From an uncultured Alphaproteobacteria bacterium (GTDB lineage Bacteria > Pseudomonadota > Alphaproteobacteria > CBDUYM01): DNA of 64,000 nt. The stretch spans positions 14,526 to 78,525 of the forward strand of contig CBDUYM010000013.1 of assembly GCA_965371465.1 (NCBI GenBank), written 5' to 3'. Under the pieces are notes generated by a model that was given only the letters and a program-made list of their open reading frames with translations, did no database searches and was not told where the DNA came from. Shown here piece after piece: positions 50,111 to 58,448 of this stretch. The position numbers were made by a program, and so were the translations under genes. How positions within the stretch are numbered: position 1 is the first letter of the stretch; the number at the start of each line of letters is the position of its first letter.

Positions 50111-50126
50111 TGGCACGGTTTCTGCA
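50111..50126 (+). promoter_or_regulatory. sigma-54 (-24/-12) promoter of the psp operon
   Basis: TGGCACGGTTTCTGCA matches TGGCAC-N5-TTGCA with correct GG-N10-GC spacing. It lies 83 nt upstream of the first downstream ORF and next to a divergent pspF. Confidence 0.85.
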
Positions 50127-50208
50127 TCCTCAGGGTTATCAGGGCCGATACAGGTTGAAAACCGAAACCCGGCTCAAATGAATTTCAAAGGTCACGGAGG
50201 ACCGAACA

Positions 50209-50313
50209 ATGAAGATTTCAGAGGTCATTACGTCAATCTCGTTAGTCGTAACGGTATTGGTATTTTTCACAATTTTCGCCGGAACCATCGGCAGCGTCGT
50301 CGCCTCAGTCTAG
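50209..50313 (+). CDS. small hydrophobic membrane peptide (34 aa), first cistron of the psp operon; absent from the ORF track
   Basis: ATG 50209 has GGAGGA 7 nt upstream. The peptide is MKISEVITSISLVVTVLVFFTIFAGTIGSVVASV, ending at TAG 50311-50313. It has one predicted TM helix and lies between the sigma-54 promoter and pspA. Confidence 0.55.
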   Translation: MKISEVITSISLVVTVLVFFTIFAGTIGSVVASV

Positions 50314-50350
50314 GACGGCTCGACAAGCAAGCTTCAGGAAGGAAACCACA

Positions 50351-51013
50351 ATGGGCATTTTCTCACGTTTCACAGACATCGTCAGCGCCAACGTCAACGC
50401 GATCCTCGATCAGGCCGAGAATCCTGAGAAGATCATCAGGCTGATGATTTCAGAGATGGAAGATACGCTGGTCGAAGTCAGAGCACAGGCCGCCAGAACA
50501 ATTGCTGATCGCAAGGACCTGGAACGGCACCTTTGCCATGCTCGTCGCGAATGCTCTGAATGGGAAACGAGAGCGGAGCGTGCCTTGAAAAAGGGACGCG
50601 AAGATCTTGCCCGTTCCGCACTGGTCGAGAAGCATCACTTTGAAGAAGCGATCATTGGCCTTGAAGCAGAATTTGAGGACATTGACGACACTATGGGTCG
50701 TTACGATGAAGACGTCACCCAGCTTGAAAAGAAACTTCGCGAGGTTCGCGCCAAGCAAAAGTCAGTCGTCACGCGCGAAATCACGGCCATAAACGCCAAG
50801 CGCGTTCGCGAACAGCTTTATGATCCCAGAATTGAAGATGCGTTCGCCAGGTTTGATGCCATGGAACGACGCATCGACAGGACAGAAGCCGAGGTTGAAG
50901 CTTTTGATCTGGGCGAAGGCATGACCCTTGAGCGCGAAATCGAATATCTTGATCACGATGAAAAGCTGAACGAGGAATTGGCCGAGTTGAAGCAACGCGT
51001 CAACGCTGCCTAA
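50351..51013 (+). CDS. pspA: phage shock protein A
   Basis: 220 aa. MGIFSRFTDIVSANVNAILDQAENPEKIIRLMISEMEDTLVEVR parallels the E. coli PspA N-terminus almost residue for residue. The remainder has coiled-coil character. Confidence 0.95.
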   Translation: MGIFSRFTDIVSANVNAILDQAENPEKIIRLMISEMEDTLVEVRAQAARTIADRKDLERHLCHARRECSEWETRAERALKKGREDLARSALVEKHHFEEAIIGLEAEFEDIDDTMGRYDEDVTQLEKKLREVRAKQKSVVTREITAINAKRVREQLYDPRIEDAFARFDAMERRIDRTEAEVEAFDLGEGMTLEREIEYLDHDEKLNEELAELKQRVNAA

Positions 51014-51055
51014 GGACGAGTGTTGAGGCAGCAGACAGAAGCAGAGGACAGTAAA

Positions 51056-51541
51056 ATGCGAAATACAGGCTATTCAAGAAGGCGTAGCTATAGCCGCCCA
51101 TCAAGCCGCTCAACAGAACGGAGCGACAATTGGGCCCGCAACTACCGCGATGAGCAAAAGCTCGAGCCGCGCAAGCGCCTTTTGCGCTCTCGCAACAAGA
51201 TTGTCGGTGGCGTCTGCTCAGGTCTCGCAAATTACTTCGGCATCGACCGTACTATCGTTCGTGTCGCTGCCTTCGTCATTTTCCTGATATGGACATTGCC
51301 AACGTTGATCGCTTACTTCGTTCTTTGCCTATGCCTCGACGTGGAGCCAAAAAGGGGCATGCGCGCCCACCTGTCGGGTGAGGAAGGTGATGGCGATGTC
51401 TGGACCAGGATGCGGGACAATCCAGCGGGTGCTGCTCGGGAAGTGGGCCGCAAAGTCAGAAAACTGGAAAGCCGCGTACGAAACCGCAAGCCAGAAAATG
51501 GCGTGCGCGAGGACCTGAAAAAGGCGTTTCGTGACCTCTAG
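51056..51541 (+). CDS. pspC: PspC-domain envelope stress protein
   Basis: 161 aa from ATG 51056 (GAGGA 7 nt upstream). The PspC domain is LLRSRNKIVGGVCSGLANYFGIDRTIVRVAAFVIFLI, followed by a TM helix. The C-terminal amphipathic region ends in KKAFRDL, as in enteric PspC. Confidence 0.85.
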   Translation: MRNTGYSRRRSYSRPSSRSTERSDNWARNYRDEQKLEPRKRLLRSRNKIVGGVCSGLANYFGIDRTIVRVAAFVIFLIWTLPTLIAYFVLCLCLDVEPKRGMRAHLSGEEGDGDVWTRMRDNPAGAAREVGRKVRKLESRVRNRKPENGVREDLKKAFRDL

Positions 51542-51601
51542 CGCGTTTGCCGCGAACCCAAGGGGCTAGAGACGAACTCCTGGATAAAGGGTGTAACTAT
51601 C

Positions 51602-52444
51602 ATGGTAGCAAGCACATCAATTTCAGCAGCGGCACTGGCCAAACAGACAATCGGCCCGGAAAAATACAGAGTGTCGGAAGTTGACATCGAAAACTTCGTT
51701 GGCACTCTCAACATCAGCGTGACTTCTGATGATGCGGTCAGCGTCAAAATAGCGGGCAATGATCGGTGTTTGAAGGACATCGAGGTGTTCGTTTCCGACA
51801 ACAAGCTTTTTATCCGTCGTGATGTCGACTTCCGCGATTGGTCTGATGGCGTTTTCAGAAATTGGACTGACGGCGCATCTCGGATGGTTAGTGATTTGCC
51901 TGTCGCCGAAGTCTCAGTGCCGGAAGGGACATCACTTCATCTCGACGGAATCGCCGGCAAACTGGATATTGGCGATCTGAACGGTCCTTTGGAACTCTTC
52001 GGCTGGTGGCTTGAGGGATCTATTGGCGACGTGACAGAGGCGGTCATCTCTGTCCTCGGTAACGGCAGCATCAAAATGAGTAACGTTGCGGGCCGGCTTG
52101 ATCTCGAAGTCCGTGGCTCAGGTGACGTGGAAGTATTGAGTGCGGGATTCGCAGATGTCGAAAGCGCCGGCAGCGGTGATGTGCAGATCGACAAGGTGAC
52201 ACACGGCCTTGAATATGGCAGCCAGGGGTCCGGCGACGCAATCATTGGCTCGGTCAATGGTCCGGTCATTGTTTCAGTTTTGGGCAGCGGCGACGTTGAC
52301 ATCCGTGAAGGTATGGCGGATCCGCTGGACGTGTCCATCATGGGGTCTGCCGACTTCACCTTCGGCGGCATTGCCCATCATAGCCACATTTCGCAGCTGG
52401 GTTCCGGCAGAGTCCTCATCGCCCACGACAGCTTTGCTGACTGA
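51602..52444 (+). CDS. DUF2807 / GIN-head (Toastrack-type) beta-helix repeat protein
   Basis: 280 aa. A periodic GSGD motif recurs about every 20 aa (VRGSGDVEV, SAGSGDVQI, SQGSGDAII, VLGSGDVDI, IMGSADFTF, QLGSGRVLI). No clear signal or TM segment is present. Confidence 0.75.
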   Translation: MVASTSISAAALAKQTIGPEKYRVSEVDIENFVGTLNISVTSDDAVSVKIAGNDRCLKDIEVFVSDNKLFIRRDVDFRDWSDGVFRNWTDGASRMVSDLPVAEVSVPEGTSLHLDGIAGKLDIGDLNGPLELFGWWLEGSIGDVTEAVISVLGNGSIKMSNVAGRLDLEVRGSGDVEVLSAGFADVESAGSGDVQIDKVTHGLEYGSQGSGDAIIGSVNGPVIVSVLGSGDVDIREGMADPLDVSIMGSADFTFGGIAHHSHISQLGSGRVLIAHDSFAD

Positions 52445-52478
52445 GAGTTCGTGGATTTAGCCAGCCGATCCGGAAAGG

Positions 52479-53372
52479 CTAAGCGACGCCCAGGGTCCAG
52501 CCTTCCTCGGTCAGGACCGATCTGAGCGCAGTTGCTGACAGATCCTGCGGCCCTTCGAACAAACTTCCAAGCGTGCCGTCTCGGTCGAGCCTGGCGAAGT
52601 AACGGGTGTGGGCCTTCACCTGCTCTTCATCCTTTATCTGTCCAGTCCTGAGCTTCACCGGGATCAGGCTCAAGTACGTTTCCGCATGGATTATGTTCCA
52701 TCTGTCAGCGAGATCGGCAGGGTTCATAAATCCCGTTTCAAAAGGCCAGATCTTTGAGCGACCGGCAAGCGACTGACCGTTGCGAATTGCTTTCAGTACA
52801 GGAATGCCGGTAAGCGTCTGTCCGCCGACGGCGCCAGTTGTATAAAGCTTCCACACGGAGTGCGCCGACTTGAGCCGCATGTCCACCTCACGAAACTCGG
52901 CCAGCGCCCAGTCCTTGGCGCGCCGCTGCCGACGCTGCTTCAGAAACGGCTGTTCCTTGCCAGGTGGACATGCCCAAAAAGGCAGCGCACGGCCCGACAT
53001 CTGCTGATTGAGCCCGGCGGCAACGTCGAAGCGGTTGTTGGCATTTTTCGGCCCTTCCACAAGTCTGTGATCGAGCAAGTCCCAGACCTCGCGCCAGGGC
53101 TCCCCCTTGAGCCTGAGCTGGCGGGCAGTACCAGCCGGAAAGCCATAGCAGATGTCAAAGCCAATCAGCACGCGCCGGTCGGCAATCACCTCATATTCAA
53201 GAATGTCCAAAAGCTCCTCAAGAGCGCCGTGGCGTGTTGCGACGTTCCAGGCCCGCTGGTTTTCCGCACCGGACTGTGTCCGGCGGAGGCGGCAAATCCA
53301 GATACTGTCCTTGCCAAGTTTTGGCACTTTACTGGCGCTCCAATCGACAAAGACATAGGTATCGAAAATCAT
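52479..53372 (-). CDS. conserved-looking hypothetical protein of unknown function (possible RNase-H-like N-terminus)
   Basis: 297 aa from ATG 53372 (GAAGAGG upstream). The N-terminal MIFDTYVFVDWSAS followed by LIGFDICYGFPAG resembles the strand-Asp pattern of RNase-H-fold/DUF429-like proteins. I cannot assign a family with confidence. Confidence 0.5.
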   Translation of the reverse strand: MIFDTYVFVDWSASKVPKLGKDSIWICRLRRTQSGAENQRAWNVATRHGALEELLDILEYEVIADRRVLIGFDICYGFPAGTARQLRLKGEPWREVWDLLDHRLVEGPKNANNRFDVAAGLNQQMSGRALPFWACPPGKEQPFLKQRRQRRAKDWALAEFREVDMRLKSAHSVWKLYTTGAVGGQTLTGIPVLKAIRNGQSLAGRSKIWPFETGFMNPADLADRWNIIHAETYLSLIPVKLRTGQIKDEEQVKAHTRYFARLDRDGTLGSLFEGPQDLSATALRSVLTEEGWTLGVA

Positions 53373-53560
53373 GATCGCCTCTTCACATTCCGCCGCGACA
53401 ACGACACTGGCATAAGGAATTATGCAAAAGCATATATTCCATTTGATAAATCTATAACTTTTGACTAAGATTTCTCTCCGAATTGTAGATGGGCGCAAAT
53501 AAGATGCTCGTCAGGTAATGCCATTTGAGCAAGTTGTTTGTTGCTGGAGTAGTTGGGTAA

Positions 53561-54238
53561 ATGCGTATTCTCGTCGCCGATGATCAAGAACTGTACCGGA
53601 AGGCTCTCATTGAGCTACTTGCTGATCTAGTCGGCCAATCAGATTTCATTGAATGCTCAGACTATCCTTCGGTTATTCAGGTCGTTGCTGCGCCGGGTAC
53701 GTTTGATCTCATTGCCTGTGATGCCAACATGGGTGGGCTGGAAACCAGTGCGGCCGCGAAAGCTATCCGCGCTCGAGCGCCGACCACGCCACTCGCCATT
53801 CTTTCTGCTGCCACCGACAATGATTTGGCGACATCAATCATCCGCGCCGGCGCCGTCGCTTTTGTGCCGAAGTCGCTTTCGGTTAACGAAATGAGGGCCG
53901 CTTTCGAGAACGTCTTTCAAGGCGGCATATATCTTCCCCCGGGCTTTGTGCAGACCGATATCGGCGAGCCCATAGAAGACGGCGCCGATGATGCCTCTGA
54001 AGTCGCACTCGATCTGACGCCGCGTCAGATGGAAGTTCTGCAGCAAATGGCAAGAGGCAGGCAGAACAAGCAGATCGCTGCAGATCTGGATATTCGCGAA
54101 GGCACCGTCAAAATTCATGTGAACGCAATTTTGAAAGCCCTTAAGGCCAGAAACCGCACTGAAGCGGTCTACAAGGTTGAGCAATTGGGCTTTCAGGCGT
54201 CAGATCTGAGCCAGGCGGCAAGGCGATCCACTGACTGA
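53561..54238 (+). CDS. response regulator, NarL/FixJ (LuxR-type HTH) family
   Basis: 225 aa. The receiver domain shows MRILVADDQELYRKALIELL and the acceptor region DLIACDANMGG. The C-terminal segment LTPRQMEVLQQMARGRQNKQIAADLDIREGTVKIHVNAILKAL is a LuxR HTH. Confidence 0.9.
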   Translation: MRILVADDQELYRKALIELLADLVGQSDFIECSDYPSVIQVVAAPGTFDLIACDANMGGLETSAAAKAIRARAPTTPLAILSAATDNDLATSIIRAGAVAFVPKSLSVNEMRAAFENVFQGGIYLPPGFVQTDIGEPIEDGADDASEVALDLTPRQMEVLQQMARGRQNKQIAADLDIREGTVKIHVNAILKALKARNRTEAVYKVEQLGFQASDLSQAARRSTD

Positions 54239-54576
54239 TTGAGCTATCCAGCCGAATAATTTGGTCGGGCAAATAATGGCCGCGGGATAAATTCTCAAGA
54301 GCGGTCGAAAAGCGCAGAAAACTGCGAAAAACCAAGAGAGAGAAAGAACGCATAAGTGGTGCATTCTTGCAATAGTGCCGCGACGAAAACGCGAGCACTG
54401 ACGACTCGGAACCAAGTGGATTGGCTGAATCAGGCAATTTATGGTACTTGTATTTCGAAGGGGTATTTTTAAGGGCGACTCTGCGCTGATTCGATTTGGT
54501 AGTTAAGTATACCTGTCACACCTGTGTGTTGAGTTAGTTGTAGTGAATTTAAGTTGCCATGAGCAGTGAGTAAAAA

Positions 54577-55941
54577 ATGTTGAATCTTTTTCGAGTGAGG
54601 GCGCTTGCCCTGTGGGCGTTTGGTAGCATTTGCTTGACGCTGTTTATATTGGGCCCCGCGCCCGGCGCGAGTGCAGCGACACTCCGTGAAGCCGTCCAGA
54701 TGGCGGTCGCCAATCATCCCTCCGTCCTTGCATCCGAAAACCGCAGCCTGAGTGCGAACCAGGAAATAAAGGTTCAGCGAGCCGGTCTCTTGCCGCGCGT
54801 TGATCTCGTCGGATCTGCGGCTTACATCAATACGGACTCACCTTCCGAGCAGCTTGGGGCGTCTGGTGCCGGCAGCGAAGCCCTCGACATTCGCCAGTTC
54901 ACCGCAGCTCTTACACTGTCGCAGCTGCTGTTTGACGGTGGGCAGCGCTTTGCGCTGCTTGATGCGGCCAAAGCCGGCGCTCTTGCTGAAGAGTTTGGTG
55001 TCGATGGTGTCAGGTCCGAAATCGCCCTGCTGGCGGTTCAAGCCTATGTTGCGGTGATACGGGATCGTATGCATCTGCAGAACTCACTGACTCACATCGA
55101 CGAACTGATGGTGATCGAACGGAAGATCCGTAGTGGCGCTGGCGCTGGTGTCGACACAGGCGGCAACCTCGCCCAGGTTGTCGGTCGCTTGGCTGAAGCC
55201 GAATCTGAAAGGGCAAGCATCATTGCTTCTCTGCGGGATTCAGAGGCAGCTTACCTGCAGATTGTTGGCCAGGAGCCGGACACACTGACAATGCCGGCCG
55301 AAGTCACTGGCCCAAGTCTTGCCTCGGTGACGTCTGCGATCCAGAGGGCTTCTGACAACAATCCAATACTGCTGCGTGCCAGCGCGACTACAGACAGCCT
55401 GCGCGGGCAGGAAGCGGCGGCCCGTCGTGTATTCTGGCCTCAGCTTGACCTGGAAATCAGTGCGTCGGCCGAAAGCAGCACCTCCAAGGAAAGAGACCTG
55501 CAGCCACCTGAAAGCCGCATCCTGAACCGTGACGTGGAAGATGTCCGCGCCATGGTGGTAGGAAGCCTGAATCTCTATGCTGGTGGTGGCGAAGAGGCTC
55601 GCGCCCGCCAGGCACGCTATGATCGGGCGGAAGGGGAACGCAACTATGATCGCGTTCGTCGGGCTGTCGAAGAGCGAATTCGCAACAGCTTCAATCAGAT
55701 CCGTTCATCCAGTGAACGTGTGCCACTTCTGAACCAGGAAATTGAAGCCCAGACACAGGTCATCGCTGTGTTTGAACGCCAGTTTGATCTCGGTCAGCGT
55801 GGACTCCTCAATGTTCTTGAAGAACGGAGCGAATTGTTCCGGACTCAGATCGAGCTCGCCGACGCAAGAACTTCGGTGCGATCCGCTCGCTATGCGGTTC
55901 TTACGGACACCGGCGAAATTCTTGCTGCGTTCGGATTGTAA
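54577..55941 (+). CDS. TolC-family type I secretion outer membrane protein
   Basis: 454 aa. The signal is MLNLFRVRALALWAFGSICLTLFILGPAPGASA. The N-terminus TLREAVQMAVANHPSVLASENR is typical of TolC, and the protein shows a two-repeat architecture. Confidence 0.85.
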   Translation: MLNLFRVRALALWAFGSICLTLFILGPAPGASAATLREAVQMAVANHPSVLASENRSLSANQEIKVQRAGLLPRVDLVGSAAYINTDSPSEQLGASGAGSEALDIRQFTAALTLSQLLFDGGQRFALLDAAKAGALAEEFGVDGVRSEIALLAVQAYVAVIRDRMHLQNSLTHIDELMVIERKIRSGAGAGVDTGGNLAQVVGRLAEAESERASIIASLRDSEAAYLQIVGQEPDTLTMPAEVTGPSLASVTSAIQRASDNNPILLRASATTDSLRGQEAAARRVFWPQLDLEISASAESSTSKERDLQPPESRILNRDVEDVRAMVVGSLNLYAGGGEEARARQARYDRAEGERNYDRVRRAVEERIRNSFNQIRSSSERVPLLNQEIEAQTQVIAVFERQFDLGQRGLLNVLEERSELFRTQIELADARTSVRSARYAVLTDTGEILAAFGL

Positions 55942-56150
55942 TCGGGCGGTGCTTGCGCCTTAGGAACTATTCAAAGAGTTGCAATCGTTTGAGCTCTGCC
56001 GGCAGCGGTCCGCCGCCGGCAGAGAACGGGAGCACATTGCCCGGCAACTGAGGGGAATCTCATTTCCATTGCCTTTCATTCGGTTCTTGCGAAACAGAGA
56101 ATCTGGCCTATGTTGGAGGGCGTTGCGGTTGTTGCATAAGGATCAGCTTT

Positions 56151-58448
56151 ATGAGTGATGCGGCTACAGATCCGCCCTCTGATTCGACCGATAATACTCC
56201 GGCGGAAGGCCAGGCTCAATCCCAGGGCGCTGACCAGGACGGCGGCGGCATGTCTCTTGAGACATTGTTGAATGAGGCGAAGCGCGCTGCTCGACCGCAA
56301 TCCATACCAATTGAAGACGATACATTGGCCCAGTGTCTGGCCTTTCTGACTCGCTATTTCAATCGGCCACAAGCTGTTGAAACCCTTCGGGCCGGCATTG
56401 CTCTTACCGATGGCCGGCTTTCTGAAGACGGCTTTGGGCGCGCTGCCATGCGGGTTGGGCTTGTGGCCCAGGCCGTCGAGAAAAAGCTGGCACGCTTCAA
56501 AAGTGTCGACCTGCCCGCCGTCCTGTTGATGCAGGATGGAACAGTGCTGGTGGTTATTAGCGCTGATCGGAGCGAAGGCGAACTACGCCTGGAACTGGCG
56601 AATTCTGCTACCGACTGGGGTGTCGCCGAAAATGTCGTCGTTGAAGACATTGAGGAGGCCTATAGCGGGCACGCTATTGTTGTTCAGCCGCGGGCCGGCA
56701 CTGAAGAAGACCATCGCAGCAAGGATCCCATGCCGCGCGACCATTGGATCTGGGCCGCGTTTCAGGACAATAAATGGATTTTCGGGCAGGCTTTGTTGGG
56801 CACTTTTGTGGTTAACCTGCTTGGTCTCGCCCTACCGCTCTTTATCTTGAACGTCTACGACCGCGTTGTGCCTAACTACGCGCTCGATACGCTGCTCGTC
56901 CTGGCGGTTGGTCTGATGATGGCATCATGTTTTGACTTCGGCATGCGGGTGCTCAGGGGCCACATGGTCGATGTTGCCGGTCGCCGCATTGATGCGGTTC
57001 TTGGTAATCAGCTGTTTGAACGGCTTCTCAACCTGCGCCTCAATGCGCGTAAGGATGCGACGGGTTCAATTGCAAATTCTGTGCGCGAACTTGAGGTGCT
57101 TCGCGATTTCGTAAACAGCGCCACGCTGGCCAGCCTCGGCGACCTGCCCTTCCTGATCATTTTTGTCGGTGTTCTCTGGATGATTGCGGGCTCGCTCGCC
57201 ATCGTGCCGACGATTGCAGTTCCGGTCGTGCTGGCGATTGTCTATTTTATGCAGGCGCCCATGAACGCCTATTCTGCAAAAGCATTTTCTCAGGCAGCGC
57301 ATCGGAACAATGTTCTTTTCGAAGTTATCGGAAGCCTTGAGACTGTTAAAGCCATCGGCGCTGAAGGCTGGGCCGCCCAGCGCTGGGAACGTGCCCATGC
57401 TGCCGGTATCAGAAGTGGCCTGGCCCTGAGACGCCTGGGCCTGGTCACGACCAGCTTCATGAGCTTCGCACAGATCGTTACCGCAGGGGCCATCGTGGTC
57501 ATGGGTGTCTTCGCCATCAGCAACGGCGAGATTACTCAAGGCGCGCTTATTGCTGCTGTCCTCCTGAATGGCCGGGCCATGGCGCCTCTGGCCCAGGTCG
57601 CGCAGACTCTGGGCCGGCTGCACCATGCGAAAGTGGCTTACCGCGCCATCGACGCTGTAATGAGAGCGCCAAGCGAGCGCGAGCCTGATCAGCGCTACAT
57701 CCACATGCCCACGCTTGCTGGTGACATCAAGATCAACGATGTCAGTTTTGCCTATCCTCCACCTGTTGGTACATCCATGCTGATGATGCCCACAGTGAAC
57801 GCGGTCGTGGGTGCAAGTTTTGAAATGAAAGCCGGGGAGCGCGTCGGGATTATCGGACCCATTGGCGCCGGGAAAAGCACGATTTTGCGGCTCATTCTCA
57901 ATCTTTATCAGACAGGCAGCGGTTCTGTTTCTGTCGACGGCATGGATGTAACCCAGATTGATCCATACGATCTCAGAGCCAACATCGGTTACATGACCCA
58001 GAGCGTCGATCTGTTCCAGGGATCAATCCGGGAAAACATCACACTTCATCATCCCCAGGCCACCGACGAAGAAATTATTCAGGCGTCCGAAGTTGCAGGC
58101 GTCATGGGTTGGCTCGAACGATGTCCGCTGGGTTTTGAACAGCCGATTGGCGAATCTGGGCAGGCTTTGTCCGGTGGCCAGCGTCAATCTATTGCTCTTG
58201 CACGTGCTCTGTTGCGAGACCCGCCAATGCTTCTTTTTGATGAGCCGACAAGCGTTCTTGATGGGCGCAGTGAGCAGGCCTTTTTAAAGCGATTGCAGCC
58301 CCTCTTGAAAAACAAGACCTTCGTGATTGTGACCCATCGGCCGGCTCTGCTCACCCTTGTTGATCGGCTGATCGTCATGGACAAAGGTCGTATCGCGCTT
58401 GATGGTCCAAAAGAGAAAGTGCTGCAGAGATTGGGAGGCCAGGAATGA
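56151..58448 (+). CDS. type I secretion ABC permease/ATPase with an N-terminal C39-like domain (HlyB/LssB-like)
   Basis: 765 aa. It has a disordered Asp/Gly/Gln-rich N-terminus, a C39-like domain, six TM helices, and an ABC cassette (GPIGAGKST, LSGGQRQ, LLFDEPTS). Confidence 0.9.
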   Translation: MSDAATDPPSDSTDNTPAEGQAQSQGADQDGGGMSLETLLNEAKRAARPQSIPIEDDTLAQCLAFLTRYFNRPQAVETLRAGIALTDGRLSEDGFGRAAMRVGLVAQAVEKKLARFKSVDLPAVLLMQDGTVLVVISADRSEGELRLELANSATDWGVAENVVVEDIEEAYSGHAIVVQPRAGTEEDHRSKDPMPRDHWIWAAFQDNKWIFGQALLGTFVVNLLGLALPLFILNVYDRVVPNYALDTLLVLAVGLMMASCFDFGMRVLRGHMVDVAGRRIDAVLGNQLFERLLNLRLNARKDATGSIANSVRELEVLRDFVNSATLASLGDLPFLIIFVGVLWMIAGSLAIVPTIAVPVVLAIVYFMQAPMNAYSAKAFSQAAHRNNVLFEVIGSLETVKAIGAEGWAAQRWERAHAAGIRSGLALRRLGLVTTSFMSFAQIVTAGAIVVMGVFAISNGEITQGALIAAVLLNGRAMAPLAQVAQTLGRLHHAKVAYRAIDAVMRAPSEREPDQRYIHMPTLAGDIKINDVSFAYPPPVGTSMLMMPTVNAVVGASFEMKAGERVGIIGPIGAGKSTILRLILNLYQTGSGSVSVDGMDVTQIDPYDLRANIGYMTQSVDLFQGSIRENITLHHPQATDEEIIQASEVAGVMGWLERCPLGFEQPIGESGQALSGGQRQSIALARALLRDPPMLLFDEPTSVLDGRSEQAFLKRLQPLLKNKTFVIVTHRPALLTLVDRLIVMDKGRIALDGPKEKVLQRLGGQE

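Noticed and set aside
50178-50444. 88-aa ORF overlapping the small peptide gene and the pspA start
   Set aside because: The product is Arg/Asn-rich and low in complexity. There is no RBS, and it overlaps two better-supported cistrons in other frames.
54357-54371. Sigma-54-like TGGTGCATTCTTGCA upstream of the tolC-like gene
   Set aside because: The GG-N9-GC spacing is again off by one, and the -24 element is TGGTGC rather than TGGCAC.
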